Shown one piece after another: positions 1 to 8,606 of a DNA stretch of 64,000 nt. Each line of letters starts with the position of its first letter. The stretch's first letter is position 1. Made by a program: the position numbers and the translations under genes. The notes beneath the pieces are model-generated. The model was not told where the DNA came from and did no database searches. It saw only the letters and a program-made list of their open reading frames with translations. This DNA comes from Candidatus Rokuibacteriota bacterium (GTDB taxonomy: Bacteria > Methylomirabilota > Methylomirabilia > Rokubacteriales > CSP1-6), in the NCBI GenBank assembly GCA_003220495.1, contig QHSP01000023.1, positions 31,437 to 95,436 of the forward strand. The letters are read 5' to 3'.

Positions 1-1
1 G

Positions 2-589
2 CCGTTCTTCTCGATGATCGCCGCCAGCGACCCGAACCTCGTCTCGGCGCGCGCGTGGGTTCCGCTCGACGACCATTACAACCTCCAGATCATGATGCGC
101 GGGCGACTGGACCGGCCGGTGACGGACCAGGAGCGCGCGCTGACGCGCAACCCGTTCGATGCCTGGGGCGGTTATCTCGAGGCGACGAGCGATCCGCGGA
201 CGCGGTACTACACGAAGGCGAACATTCACAACGACTATCTGGTCGACCGCCAGCTCGCCAGGAACGAGCTCATGATCGGCATCCCGTTCCTGGTCAACCT
301 CCAGGATCGCGCGATGACGGAGACGATGGGGCCCATCTACGACCGCACGCAAGAGCATCTGGGGACCACCGACGCGATGGTCATCTACGTCCGGCGCCGC
401 CTGATCGAGGCCGCGCGAGCCCTTCGCGAGCACGGCCTGGTGCCGGCGAACGTCGACGACGCCTCCATGTGCCGGGTGCGTCCGGCCTCCGTGCTGCTGC
501 CGGAAGGCGACAGCTGGATCACGGCGACCGAGAAGGCGCGCCAATCCGACGCGGGCGTGCCGATCGCCTGGGTGCCATTCGCGCAGTGA
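2..589 (+). CDS. Rieske aromatic ring-hydroxylating oxygenase alpha subunit, C-terminal part (phthalate 4,5-dioxygenase/LigXa-like); 5' truncated by window
   Basis: Frame open from the window edge; QDRAMTETMGPIYDRTQEHLGTTDAMVIYVRRRLIEAAR resembles the C-terminal motif of this family. Confidence 0.8.
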   Translation, partial: PFFSMIAASDPNLVSARAWVPLDDHYNLQIMMRGRLDRPVTDQERALTRNPFDAWGGYLEATSDPRTRYYTKANIHNDYLVDRQLARNELMIGIPFLVNLQDRAMTETMGPIYDRTQEHLGTTDAMVIYVRRRLIEAARALREHGLVPANVDDASMCRVRPASVLLPEGDSWITATEKARQSDAGVPIAWVPFAQ

Positions 590-864
590 GTAATCGGGAC
601 GAGAGCGAGACGGTCCACGACCTCGCGTACTACGAGGCGGTGCCGTACCTGCTCGTGGTCGAGTCGGTCGAGCGCGAGGGCCAGTGGCTCCGGCGGGCCG
701 AGTACCCGGAATTACCCGGATGCGCCGCTGAGGCAGAGTCGGCGGTCGAGGCGATCGAGATGCTCGAGAGCGAGCGCCGACGCCTCATCCAATTGTTGTG
801 GGATCGTGGCGCACCGATCCCAACTCCGCGCGCTCCCCTCCGCCGAACGCTGATCACTCGGTAG
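586..864 (+). CDS. HicB-like fold small protein (92 aa), no adjacent HicA
   Basis: GTG overlaps the upstream TGA (GTGA); AEYPELPGCAAEAESAVEAIEML...GAPIPTP resembles the HicB N-terminal signature. Confidence 0.7.
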   Translation: MSNRDESETVHDLAYYEAVPYLLVVESVEREGQWLRRAEYPELPGCAAEAESAVEAIEMLESERRRLIQLLWDRGAPIPTPRAPLRRTLITR

Positions 865-997
865 GCCTTTCCGACGCCGCGCTATGTATGCACGGCGTGT
901 AAGTGTTACGCGACTGTCCAATCTGGAATACTCACCGCGCGCAATCCGTCCAATCGCCAGATTCGAACAATCGCTCACTTGGCGACGGTCAGGCTCC

Positions 998-1012
998 TGG
1001 CATCTCGGTTGC
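998..1012 (+). promoter_or_regulatory. Sigma54 (-24/-12) promoter
   Basis: TGGCATCTCGGTTGC has exact GG-N10-GC spacing and lies about 50 nt upstream of the GGAGG/GTG start at 1062. Confidence 0.7.
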
Positions 1013-1061
1013 CATAGAGAGCGCCGGATTTCGTCGGGCCATTCAAAAAGGGAGGACCCTC

Positions 1062-3629
1062 GTGCAGCCTCGAGCCGTCGCGTTCGCGTCATCCGGCCGG
1101 CTCGACTCCTGTCCATTGGCCAGCGAGCCACTCGAGGCCCGGGGTCGGTTCTTCTTCGCCGGCCCCGAGAAAGTCCTGCTCAAGGGAATCACCTACGGGC
1201 CATTCGCCCCCGCCGGCGACGGCGACCAGTTCCCGGACCCTCAGACGGTCGAGACCGACCTGGCTCTCATGAACGAGCTCGGGGCCAACACTCTCAGGAC
1301 GTTCACGGTCCCGCCGCGCTGGTTGCTCGATCTGACGGCGCGCCGAGGTATGCGCGTGATGGTCGGCATCCCCTGGGCCGAGCACGTGTGCTTCCTCGAC
1401 TCGAAAGAGCTGACCCGGAGTATTCGCGACACGGTGGCGCGGGCGGCCGAGCAGTGCGAAGGCCATCCCGCCGTGGCGGCATTGCTCGTGGGCAACGAGA
1501 TCCCCTCGGATATCGTTCGCTGGTACGGTGCCAAGCGAGTCGCCGCCTTCTTGCGCGAGCTGGTGGACGTGGTCAAGAGCCGCGAGCCCGGGCGGCTCGT
1601 CGGCTACGCCAACTTCCCTTCGACCGAGTATCTCGAAACCGATTTCACCGACTTCCTCGCGTTCAACGTCTACCTGCACCGCGAGGAGGATTTGCGCCGC
1701 TATCTCTACCGTCTGCACACGCTCGCCGGCGACCGGCCGCTCGTGCTCACGGAGTTCGGCATGGACTCCGGCCGCGAAGGCCGCGAGCGGCAGGCGTCCA
1801 CGCTCTCCTGGCAGGTGCGGACCGCGCTCACGATGGGCGCGGCCGGCACCTTCCCGTTCTCGTTCACGGACGAGTGGTTCACCGGCGGCTACGAGATCCA
1901 GGACTGGGCATTCGGCCTGGTCGACCGCGAGCGGCGGCCCAAGCCCGCGTTTCACGCGGTGCAGCGCTGGTACGCGTCCGACGAGCTGCCGCCCCTGCCC
2001 GAGTACCCGAAGGTGTCCATCGTCGTCTGCGCCTACAACGCCGAGAGCACGATGGACGCGTGCCTCGAATCGCTTCAGAGCTTGCGCTACCCCGCCTACG
2101 AGGTGGTGGTGGTCGACGACGGCTCCAAGGACCGGACCGGCGCGATCGCGGACCAGTACGACGCCGTGCACGTCGTCCACCAGGAGAACAAGGGGCTGAG
2201 CGCGGCCCGCAACGTCGGGATCGCGCATTCCCGCGGCGACATCGTGGCGTTCACCGATTCCGATTGCGTCGCGGATCCTGACTGGCTCTACTATCTCGTC
2301 GCGACGTTCATCTCCTCCGGGCTGCCGGCGGTCGGCGGACCCAATTTGCCGCCTCCCGAGGACTCCTTCGTCGCGTCCTGCGTGGCGTCGTCTCCGGGCG
2401 GCCCTCTCCACGTGCTGTTGAACGACGAGGAGGCCGAGCACATTCCCGGGTGCAACATGGCGTTCCGCCGCGAGGTGCTCGAGGAGATCAGTGGCTTCGA
2501 TCCGATCTACCGAGCCGCCGGCGACGACGTCGACCTCTGCTGGCGACTACAAGAACGGGGTCATCGGATCGGCTTCAGCCCAGCCGCGATGGTCTGGCAT
2601 TTCCGGCGCAACACCGTCCAGGCTTACATCGGCCAGCAGCGCGGATACGGCAAGGCCGAGGCGCTCCTGTACTTCAGGCATCCCCATCGCTTCAACGCCC
2701 TCCTCTACTCGCGCTGGCGCGGCCGGATCTACGGCGGCATCTCGTCGCTGTTCTCGTGGCGCCGGCCGGTGGTCTACGGCGGTGTCTTCGGCCGCGGCCT
2801 GTTCCAGACGCTGTACCAGCCGCCCCAGAGCTTCCTCGCGCATCTGCCCTTCACGTTCGAGTGGAACGTGGCGGCCGCCGCCCTCGTGCTGCTGGCGTTG
2901 GCGCGCCGGAGCTGGGCGATGGCGGCGCTGGGCCTGCTCCCGCTCATGCTCACGTGGGGCTCGTGCCTGGGCGCTGCGCTGCGCGCGCGCGTGGATCCCC
3001 CCGCCGACTTCTTCCGTGGGCGTCTGATGATCGCGCTGCTGACGTATCTGGGCCCGCTGCTCCGTTGCGTCGAACGATATCGCTGGTGGATCCGCGGTCT
3101 TTCCGCCGCGGAGCCGGTGCGGCGAAGCCGATCGCGCATGTTGCCTCTGTCGTGGCGCGAGTGCGCGTTCTCGCTGTCGTTCTGGAGCGAGAACGGCCTC
3201 GAGAAGGAGGCGATCCTGCACGGGCTCCGGGAGGGTGTCACCGCCCGCAAGTACCTGGTCCTGGTGGACCAGGGATGGAGCGACTGGGATCTCGAGGTCC
3301 ACGGCGGTCTCTGGTCCAGGGCGCGGATCAAGGTCGCCTCCGAGAACCACGGCGGCGAGCGTCGGGTCCTCCGTATCAAGTGCGAGATTCGAGGCTCGTG
3401 GCTCCTGAGCCTGGGCACGCTGAGCGCGATCACGCTCGCGCTGCTGGGTCTGAAGATCGGCTTCGTGCCGTTGATTCTCACCGCCGCCGCGCTCGTCATG
3501 AGCGTCGCGTTCGTTCGGGAGGGCCTGGGCCTCGGCCGGATGGTCCACGAGGTGCTCCAGACGGTGGCGCGCCGTGCGCGGCTGCATCACGCCCCGCGCC
3601 TTCAGGATTTCCCGGCCCCGGTGAAGTGA
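1062..3629 (+). CDS. Fusion of GH-A (GH2-like) TIM barrel, GT2 glycosyltransferase and C-terminal membrane region
   Basis: GGAGG RBS before GTG 1062; VGNEI and LTEFG catalytic-type motifs; VVCAYNA, VVDDGS, GLSAARN, FTDSD, PGCNM, GDDVD; hydrophobic C-terminal helices. Confidence 0.85.
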   Translation: MQPRAVAFASSGRLDSCPLASEPLEARGRFFFAGPEKVLLKGITYGPFAPAGDGDQFPDPQTVETDLALMNELGANTLRTFTVPPRWLLDLTARRGMRVMVGIPWAEHVCFLDSKELTRSIRDTVARAAEQCEGHPAVAALLVGNEIPSDIVRWYGAKRVAAFLRELVDVVKSREPGRLVGYANFPSTEYLETDFTDFLAFNVYLHREEDLRRYLYRLHTLAGDRPLVLTEFGMDSGREGRERQASTLSWQVRTALTMGAAGTFPFSFTDEWFTGGYEIQDWAFGLVDRERRPKPAFHAVQRWYASDELPPLPEYPKVSIVVCAYNAESTMDACLESLQSLRYPAYEVVVVDDGSKDRTGAIADQYDAVHVVHQENKGLSAARNVGIAHSRGDIVAFTDSDCVADPDWLYYLVATFISSGLPAVGGPNLPPPEDSFVASCVASSPGGPLHVLLNDEEAEHIPGCNMAFRREVLEEISGFDPIYRAAGDDVDLCWRLQERGHRIGFSPAAMVWHFRRNTVQAYIGQQRGYGKAEALLYFRHPHRFNALLYSRWRGRIYGGISSLFSWRRPVVYGGVFGRGLFQTLYQPPQSFLAHLPFTFEWNVAAAALVLLALARRSWAMAALGLLPLMLTWGSCLGAALRARVDPPADFFRGRLMIALLTYLGPLLRCVERYRWWIRGLSAAEPVRRSRSRMLPLSWRECAFSLSFWSENGLEKEAILHGLREGVTARKYLVLVDQGWSDWDLEVHGGLWSRARIKVASENHGGERRVLRIKCEIRGSWLLSLGTLSAITLALLGLKIGFVPLILTAAALVMSVAFVREGLGLGRMVHEVLQTVARRARLHHAPRLQDFPAPVK

Positions 3630-5410
3630 GCCGCGTCGCCCGCCGGGTCCTGCCCTACCTGCGCGCGCACCGAGGGGCGCTCCTGTGGGCGCTCGTCCAG
3701 GTGCTGCTCCTCGGCGTGTGCGAGCTGCTGAAACCGTGGCCGCTCAAGGTGATCATCGATTCGGTGCTGGGCGGGCACCCGCTGCCGTGGGGGCTCGCAG
3801 CCGGATGGTCGCCGTCCTCGGTCCTTGTCGCGGCGTGCGCCGCCCTGGTGCTCGTCTACGCGCTGCTCGCGGCTCTGACCGTGCTGAACAACTACACGAC
3901 GATCGGCATCGGTCAGCGGATGGTGAACGATCTGCGCGGCAGCCTCTACGGTCACCTGCATCGGCTCTCGCTCGCGTTTCACAGCCGTGCGGCGGCCGGG
4001 GATCTGCTCTACCGCGTGACGGCGGACACGCTGGCCCTGCAAACGCTCACGATGAACTGCTTCTTCCCCGCGGTCTCCGCGCTGGTCTTCCTCGTCGGGA
4101 TGAGCGTGATCATGTTCCGGCTCGACGCCGGGCTCACCCTGCTGGCCCTGGCCGTGTGCCCGGCGCTGTTCCTCGCCATCGCGCGGCTGAACGGACGCAT
4201 CATGCGGGCCGCCGGCCACATGCGGGCCAGCGAAAGCCAGGTCTACGCGCACGTGCAGCGCAGCATGTCGGCGGTGCGGGTGATCCAGGCCTTCACGCGC
4301 GAGGACGACGAGCACCGCCGGTTCATGGCGCTGTCCGGGCAAAGCCTCGCCGCCGGTCTGCGGCTCTACATGCTGCAGACCCTCTCGTCGGGCGTGGTCA
4401 GCGTGGTGATCGCCTGCGGGACGGCTGCGCTCGTGTGGGTCGGCGCCCGCCACGTCCTCGACGGCACCCTCTCCGTCGGCTCGCTGGTCATCTTCGTCTC
4501 CTATCTGGCCTCCCTGTACGCGCCGATCAACAGCATGTTCCAGACCTACGGCCTGGCCCAGTCCTCCGTGGTGGGAGTCCAGCGCGTCTTCGAGGTCCTC
4601 GACGTCGAGCGCGACCTCGTCGATGGGCGGCGCGAGTTTCCCGCCGGCGGCGCGCGCGGCGAGGTGGTGTACGAGGACGTCTCGTTCGAGTACACGGCGG
4701 GCCGGCCCGTGCTCCAGGCGGTGACGCTCCGGGTCGCGCCGGGACAGAAGGTGGCGGTGGTCGGTGCGACCGGCGCTGGCAAGTCCACCTTGCTGAGCCT
4801 GCTGCCGCGTTTCTACGACCCGACGGCCGGCCGCGTGCTCGTCGACAGCATCGATGTCAGGGACTACAGAATGGCGTCGCTGCGCCGCCAGATCGCCATC
4901 GTTCCCCAGCCCGCGCTCGTGTTTCCGACGACCCTGGCCGAGAACATCGCCTTCGGACGGCCGGGCGCGCGCCGCGAGGAGATCGTCGAGGCGGCGCGGC
5001 TGGCCCGCATCGACGCGATGATCGCCGGATTGCCCGCGGGCTACGAGACGGTGGTGGGCGAGCAGGGCGTGACGCTCTCCGAAGGCGAGAAGCAGCGGCT
5101 CACCATCGCTCGGGCCATCCTCCGCGACTCGCCGATCCTCATCCTCGACGAGCCGACGTCCTCCCTCGACTCGGAGACCGAAGCGCTTCTGATGCAAGGC
5201 CTGGAACGGCTGACCGCCGGGCGCACGACGTTCATCATCGCCCACCGGCTATCGACCGTACGGAAGGCGGACCTGATCGTCGTGCTCCGCCAGGGGCAGA
5301 TCGTGGAGCAGGGCGCCTTCGACGACCTGATCGCGCAGGGCGGGATGTTCGCCTCGCTCTACCGGCTGCAGACCGGGTCGCGTTCGGGCGTCACGCTCAG
5401 GGCTCCGTAG
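3626..5410 (+). CDS. ABC exporter, fused permease/ATPase (MsbA-like)
   Basis: GTGA overlap with the previous gene; TM helices; GATGAGKS, LSEGEKQ signature variant, ILDEPTS, IAHRLST. Confidence 0.9.
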   Translation: MSRVARRVLPYLRAHRGALLWALVQVLLLGVCELLKPWPLKVIIDSVLGGHPLPWGLAAGWSPSSVLVAACAALVLVYALLAALTVLNNYTTIGIGQRMVNDLRGSLYGHLHRLSLAFHSRAAAGDLLYRVTADTLALQTLTMNCFFPAVSALVFLVGMSVIMFRLDAGLTLLALAVCPALFLAIARLNGRIMRAAGHMRASESQVYAHVQRSMSAVRVIQAFTREDDEHRRFMALSGQSLAAGLRLYMLQTLSSGVVSVVIACGTAALVWVGARHVLDGTLSVGSLVIFVSYLASLYAPINSMFQTYGLAQSSVVGVQRVFEVLDVERDLVDGRREFPAGGARGEVVYEDVSFEYTAGRPVLQAVTLRVAPGQKVAVVGATGAGKSTLLSLLPRFYDPTAGRVLVDSIDVRDYRMASLRRQIAIVPQPALVFPTTLAENIAFGRPGARREEIVEAARLARIDAMIAGLPAGYETVVGEQGVTLSEGEKQRLTIARAILRDSPILILDEPTSSLDSETEALLMQGLERLTAGRTTFIIAHRLSTVRKADLIVVLRQGQIVEQGAFDDLIAQGGMFASLYRLQTGSRSGVTLRAP

Positions 5411-5438
5411 GTCCACCTGCGATCGACGAGGGACAGCG

Positions 5439-6170
5439 ATGACCCAGATGCCGGACCTGACCCGAGCGCGCCATCTGGACGAGATCGGCTGGTTTCTCTA
5501 TCACGAAAAGTACCGCCGCGACGAGTTCGGCGGCTCGTACGCGGCCGAGCGGCTCGCGAACTCCCGACTTTTGCTCGCCGAGGTGGCGAGATTCCTCGGG
5601 CGAGACAGCGACTGGTTCCGGGACAAGACGGTCGTGAGCATCGGCTGCGGTTGCACCGGTGATCTCGCCGCGTTCCCCGCCGCCGTCAAGATCGCCATCG
5701 ATCCCCTGCTCAACCTGTACCAGCAGCTCGGCATGCTGCTCGCCGACGAGACCGGCGGTCGAACGGTGTATCTCTCGATCGGGGCGGAAGACCTGCCGCT
5801 GACCGACGAGGTCGCCGACGTGATCATCTGCCGGAACGCGCTCGATCACATGCACGATCCCAGCGCCGCCTTGAGCGAGCTCTCTCGGATCCTCCGCGAC
5901 GACGGAGCGCTGTTCGTCAGCGTCGACATCGGCGGCCTTCCGACGCCCGACGAGCCGACGGTCTTCACGGTCGACAGTCTCCGCGCCGCCCTGCGGGAGC
6001 GGTTCGAGGTGGCGGTGCTGACCGACCATTCCGCGCCGCACAGCAAGGGGCGTAGCTGCAGCGTGAGACTCGTCGGCCGTAAGGCAGCACGGCCGAGGTT
6101 GATGCTCGACAAGCAGCAGCTCCTCGAGCGCTACGAGGCCCGCCTGGCGCAGGAGGAGCGCGCGCCATGA
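5439..6170 (+). CDS. Class I SAM-dependent methyltransferase
   Basis: VVSIGCGCTG motif I; AEDLP...DVIICRNALDH...ELSRILR. Confidence 0.75.
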   Translation: MTQMPDLTRARHLDEIGWFLYHEKYRRDEFGGSYAAERLANSRLLLAEVARFLGRDSDWFRDKTVVSIGCGCTGDLAAFPAAVKIAIDPLLNLYQQLGMLLADETGGRTVYLSIGAEDLPLTDEVADVIICRNALDHMHDPSAALSELSRILRDDGALFVSVDIGGLPTPDEPTVFTVDSLRAALRERFEVAVLTDHSAPHSKGRSCSVRLVGRKAARPRLMLDKQQLLERYEARLAQEERAP

Positions 6171-7309
6171 GCTTCACCGTCTGTGTCGGCTGCTACACGC
6201 TCCGCTACATCGCGGGCGGCGCCTACATGTGGATGTTCCTCAACTGGGTGCTCGGCTTCCAGGCCCTGGGTTGCCGCGTGATCTGGCTGGACTCCTCGGA
6301 CATCGGACGGGCGCCCGATGCGGTCGCGCGCGATGTCGAGCTGCTCCGCCGGCGCCTCGTGCCGTACGGGTTGGACCGCGATCTGAGCGTGATCTACCGC
6401 GACGGCACACCGGTGCCGAGGACGACGGACGCGGCCGAGTGGCGCGATCTCGACGGAGCGCGGAGCGCTGATCTCTTCGTCAACCTGGGCTACGATCTCA
6501 GTCGCTCGGTTCGCGAGAGCTTTCGGCGCGCGGCGTTCGTCGACATCGACCCGGGATTGACACAGCTGTGGGCGCACGCGGGACAGCTCGACATCGGCTC
6601 CCACAACATCTACTTCACGCTTGGCGAGACGGTGGGGCAGCCCGGCTCGCGTATCCCGACCTGCGGCGTGCGCTGGCTGCACGTGCCGCCGCCGGTGTTC
6701 TTGCCGGCCTGGCCGATGGCGCGCGCGCACGACGAGGCGCCCTATACGACCGTGTCGAACTGGTGGGACGCAAACGGCTGGCTCGACGTCGACGGCACGC
6801 TCGTGGACAACAGCAAGCGGTCGGCGTTCCTCGAATACCTCGAGCTGCCGTCCCACACCAAGGCGCGGCTCGAGCTGGCGCTGCCGCTGGCGCCTGATCA
6901 CGATCCGACCGGGGATTTGCAGACGCTGGCCCGAAACGGATGGCGGGTGCGGCACGTCTCCGGGGTCAGTGGCTGCCCCGACGCCCACCGCCGGTACGTC
7001 CAGGGTTCCCGCGGGGAATTCAGCTGCATGAAGCGGGGCTACCGGCTGCTGCAGACCGCGTGGATCGGCGAGCGTTCCGTGAACTACCTCGCCTCCGGCA
7101 AGCCCGTGATCGTGGAGCACACCGGCCCGAGCCGCATCCTGCCGGACGCCGAGGGGCTCTTCCGGTTTCGTAACCCGGAGCAAGCCAGCGCGGCGCTCCG
7201 GGCGGTCGAATCGGACTACCCGCGCCACGCGCGGGCGGCCCGAGCACTGGCCGAGACGTATTTCGATGCGGTAAACGTGGCGCGGGCGGTCGCGGAGCGG
7301 GCCGCGTAG
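6167..7309 (+). CDS. Uncharacterised GT-B/CgeB-like glycosyltransferase-type protein, paralog 1
   Basis: ATGA overlap; shares DIDPG, YTTVSNW and WIGERSVNYLASGKPV with the next two genes. Confidence 0.6.
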   Translation: MSFTVCVGCYTLRYIAGGAYMWMFLNWVLGFQALGCRVIWLDSSDIGRAPDAVARDVELLRRRLVPYGLDRDLSVIYRDGTPVPRTTDAAEWRDLDGARSADLFVNLGYDLSRSVRESFRRAAFVDIDPGLTQLWAHAGQLDIGSHNIYFTLGETVGQPGSRIPTCGVRWLHVPPPVFLPAWPMARAHDEAPYTTVSNWWDANGWLDVDGTLVDNSKRSAFLEYLELPSHTKARLELALPLAPDHDPTGDLQTLARNGWRVRHVSGVSGCPDAHRRYVQGSRGEFSCMKRGYRLLQTAWIGERSVNYLASGKPVIVEHTGPSRILPDAEGLFRFRNPEQASAALRAVESDYPRHARAARALAETYFDAVNVARAVAERAA

Positions 7310-7366
7310 CCCGTTCGGCCACCGAGGGCGTCCGCGAGCCGGCATTCGGGGGGCGCGGCGAGCACA

Positions 7367-8527
7367 ATGGCGCGTATCGCGGTCAATACCTACATGGTGC
7401 GATACCCGCTCGGGGGCAACCTGTCCTGGGCGCTGCAATGGATCGTCGGCCTGCAGCGGCTGGGTCACGACGTCTACGTCGTGGAAAAGAGCGGTTATCG
7501 CGACGCGTGCTTCGACCTCGGGCGCAACATCATGACCGACGATTGCCGCTACGGCGTGTCGATCGTGCGGCCGCTCCTCGCGCGCTTCGGCCTCGAGGAT
7601 CGCTGGTGCTACGTGGACGCCGGCGGCCGATACCACGGCCTGCCGCGCGCCCGAATCGAGGCGCTGCTCGGCGCTGCCGATCTGTTCCTGGACATGGGCA
7701 CCCACGGCGTCACGCGGGAAGGTAGCTGGCTCGAGGAGGCCGTCCACGTCAAGTGTCGCGTGCTGGTGGGCACGGAGCCGGGAGTCACTCAGATAAGGAT
7801 GGCGCTCAAGCACGACACCGGGGAGCCGCTACCCGAATACGACGTGTACTACACGACCGGCCTGAACATCGGCACGGCGGAGAGCACCGCGCCGACGATC
7901 GGTCGCCACTGGCGGCCGATCGTCGATCCGGTGGTGATCGAGCTGTTCCCCTGCGCGCCCGCGCCTGCCGCGGCCCCCTTCACGACGGTGATGAACTGGC
8001 AGTCGATGGCGCCCATCGTCTTCGACGGCGTCGAGTACGGTCAGAAGGACCGGGAGTTCGCCAAGTTCATCGACCTGCCCGCACGAACCCGGATTCAGCT
8101 CGAGCTTGCCGCGGCCGGCCGCTCCATGCCGGCCGATCAGCTTCGCGCGGCGGGGTGGCGGCTCCGGAACGCCCACGAGGTCACCTCCTCGGTCGAGGGC
8201 TACCTCGCCTACATCGCGGCCTCCCAAGGAGAGTTCGCGGTCTGCAAGCATTCGTGCGTCGCCATGAACGTCGGCTGGTTCAGCGATCGCGGCGCCGCAT
8301 ACCTGGCGAGCGGCCGGCCGGTGGTGATGCAGGAGACGGGCTTCAGCCGCCACCTGCCGTGCGGACGAGGGCTCTACGCCGTCCGGACGGTGGAGGAAGC
8401 CGCCGCGGCGATCGACGAGATCGCCGGCGACTGGGAGCGGCACGCGCGCTGGGCGCGCGAGGTGGCTCGGGAATATCTGGACGCGCGAAAGGTTCTCGGC
8501 CGGATGCTGGAGGAGCTGGCGCTGTGA
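7367..8527 (+). CDS. Uncharacterised GT-B/CgeB-like glycosyltransferase-type protein, paralog 2
   Basis: YPLGG, LGHDVYVVE, FTTVMNW, YGQKDREF, GWFSDRGAAYLASGRPVV. Confidence 0.6.
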   Translation: MARIAVNTYMVRYPLGGNLSWALQWIVGLQRLGHDVYVVEKSGYRDACFDLGRNIMTDDCRYGVSIVRPLLARFGLEDRWCYVDAGGRYHGLPRARIEALLGAADLFLDMGTHGVTREGSWLEEAVHVKCRVLVGTEPGVTQIRMALKHDTGEPLPEYDVYYTTGLNIGTAESTAPTIGRHWRPIVDPVVIELFPCAPAPAAAPFTTVMNWQSMAPIVFDGVEYGQKDREFAKFIDLPARTRIQLELAAAGRSMPADQLRAAGWRLRNAHEVTSSVEGYLAYIAASQGEFAVCKHSCVAMNVGWFSDRGAAYLASGRPVVMQETGFSRHLPCGRGLYAVRTVEEAAAAIDEIAGDWERHARWAREVAREYLDARKVLGRMLEELAL

Positions 8528-8606
8528 GGACCGCGCTCGGACATCTCGCTGGCCTCCGCGCCAATCGCGGCGCGGCGCGCATCGTGCGGCAAACGATCCA
8601 GGCGCG

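Noticed and set aside
8573-8590. Second sigma54 site before paralog 3
   Set aside because: GG-N10-GC is present but the TGGCA and TTGC context is missing; likely chance in GC-rich DNA.
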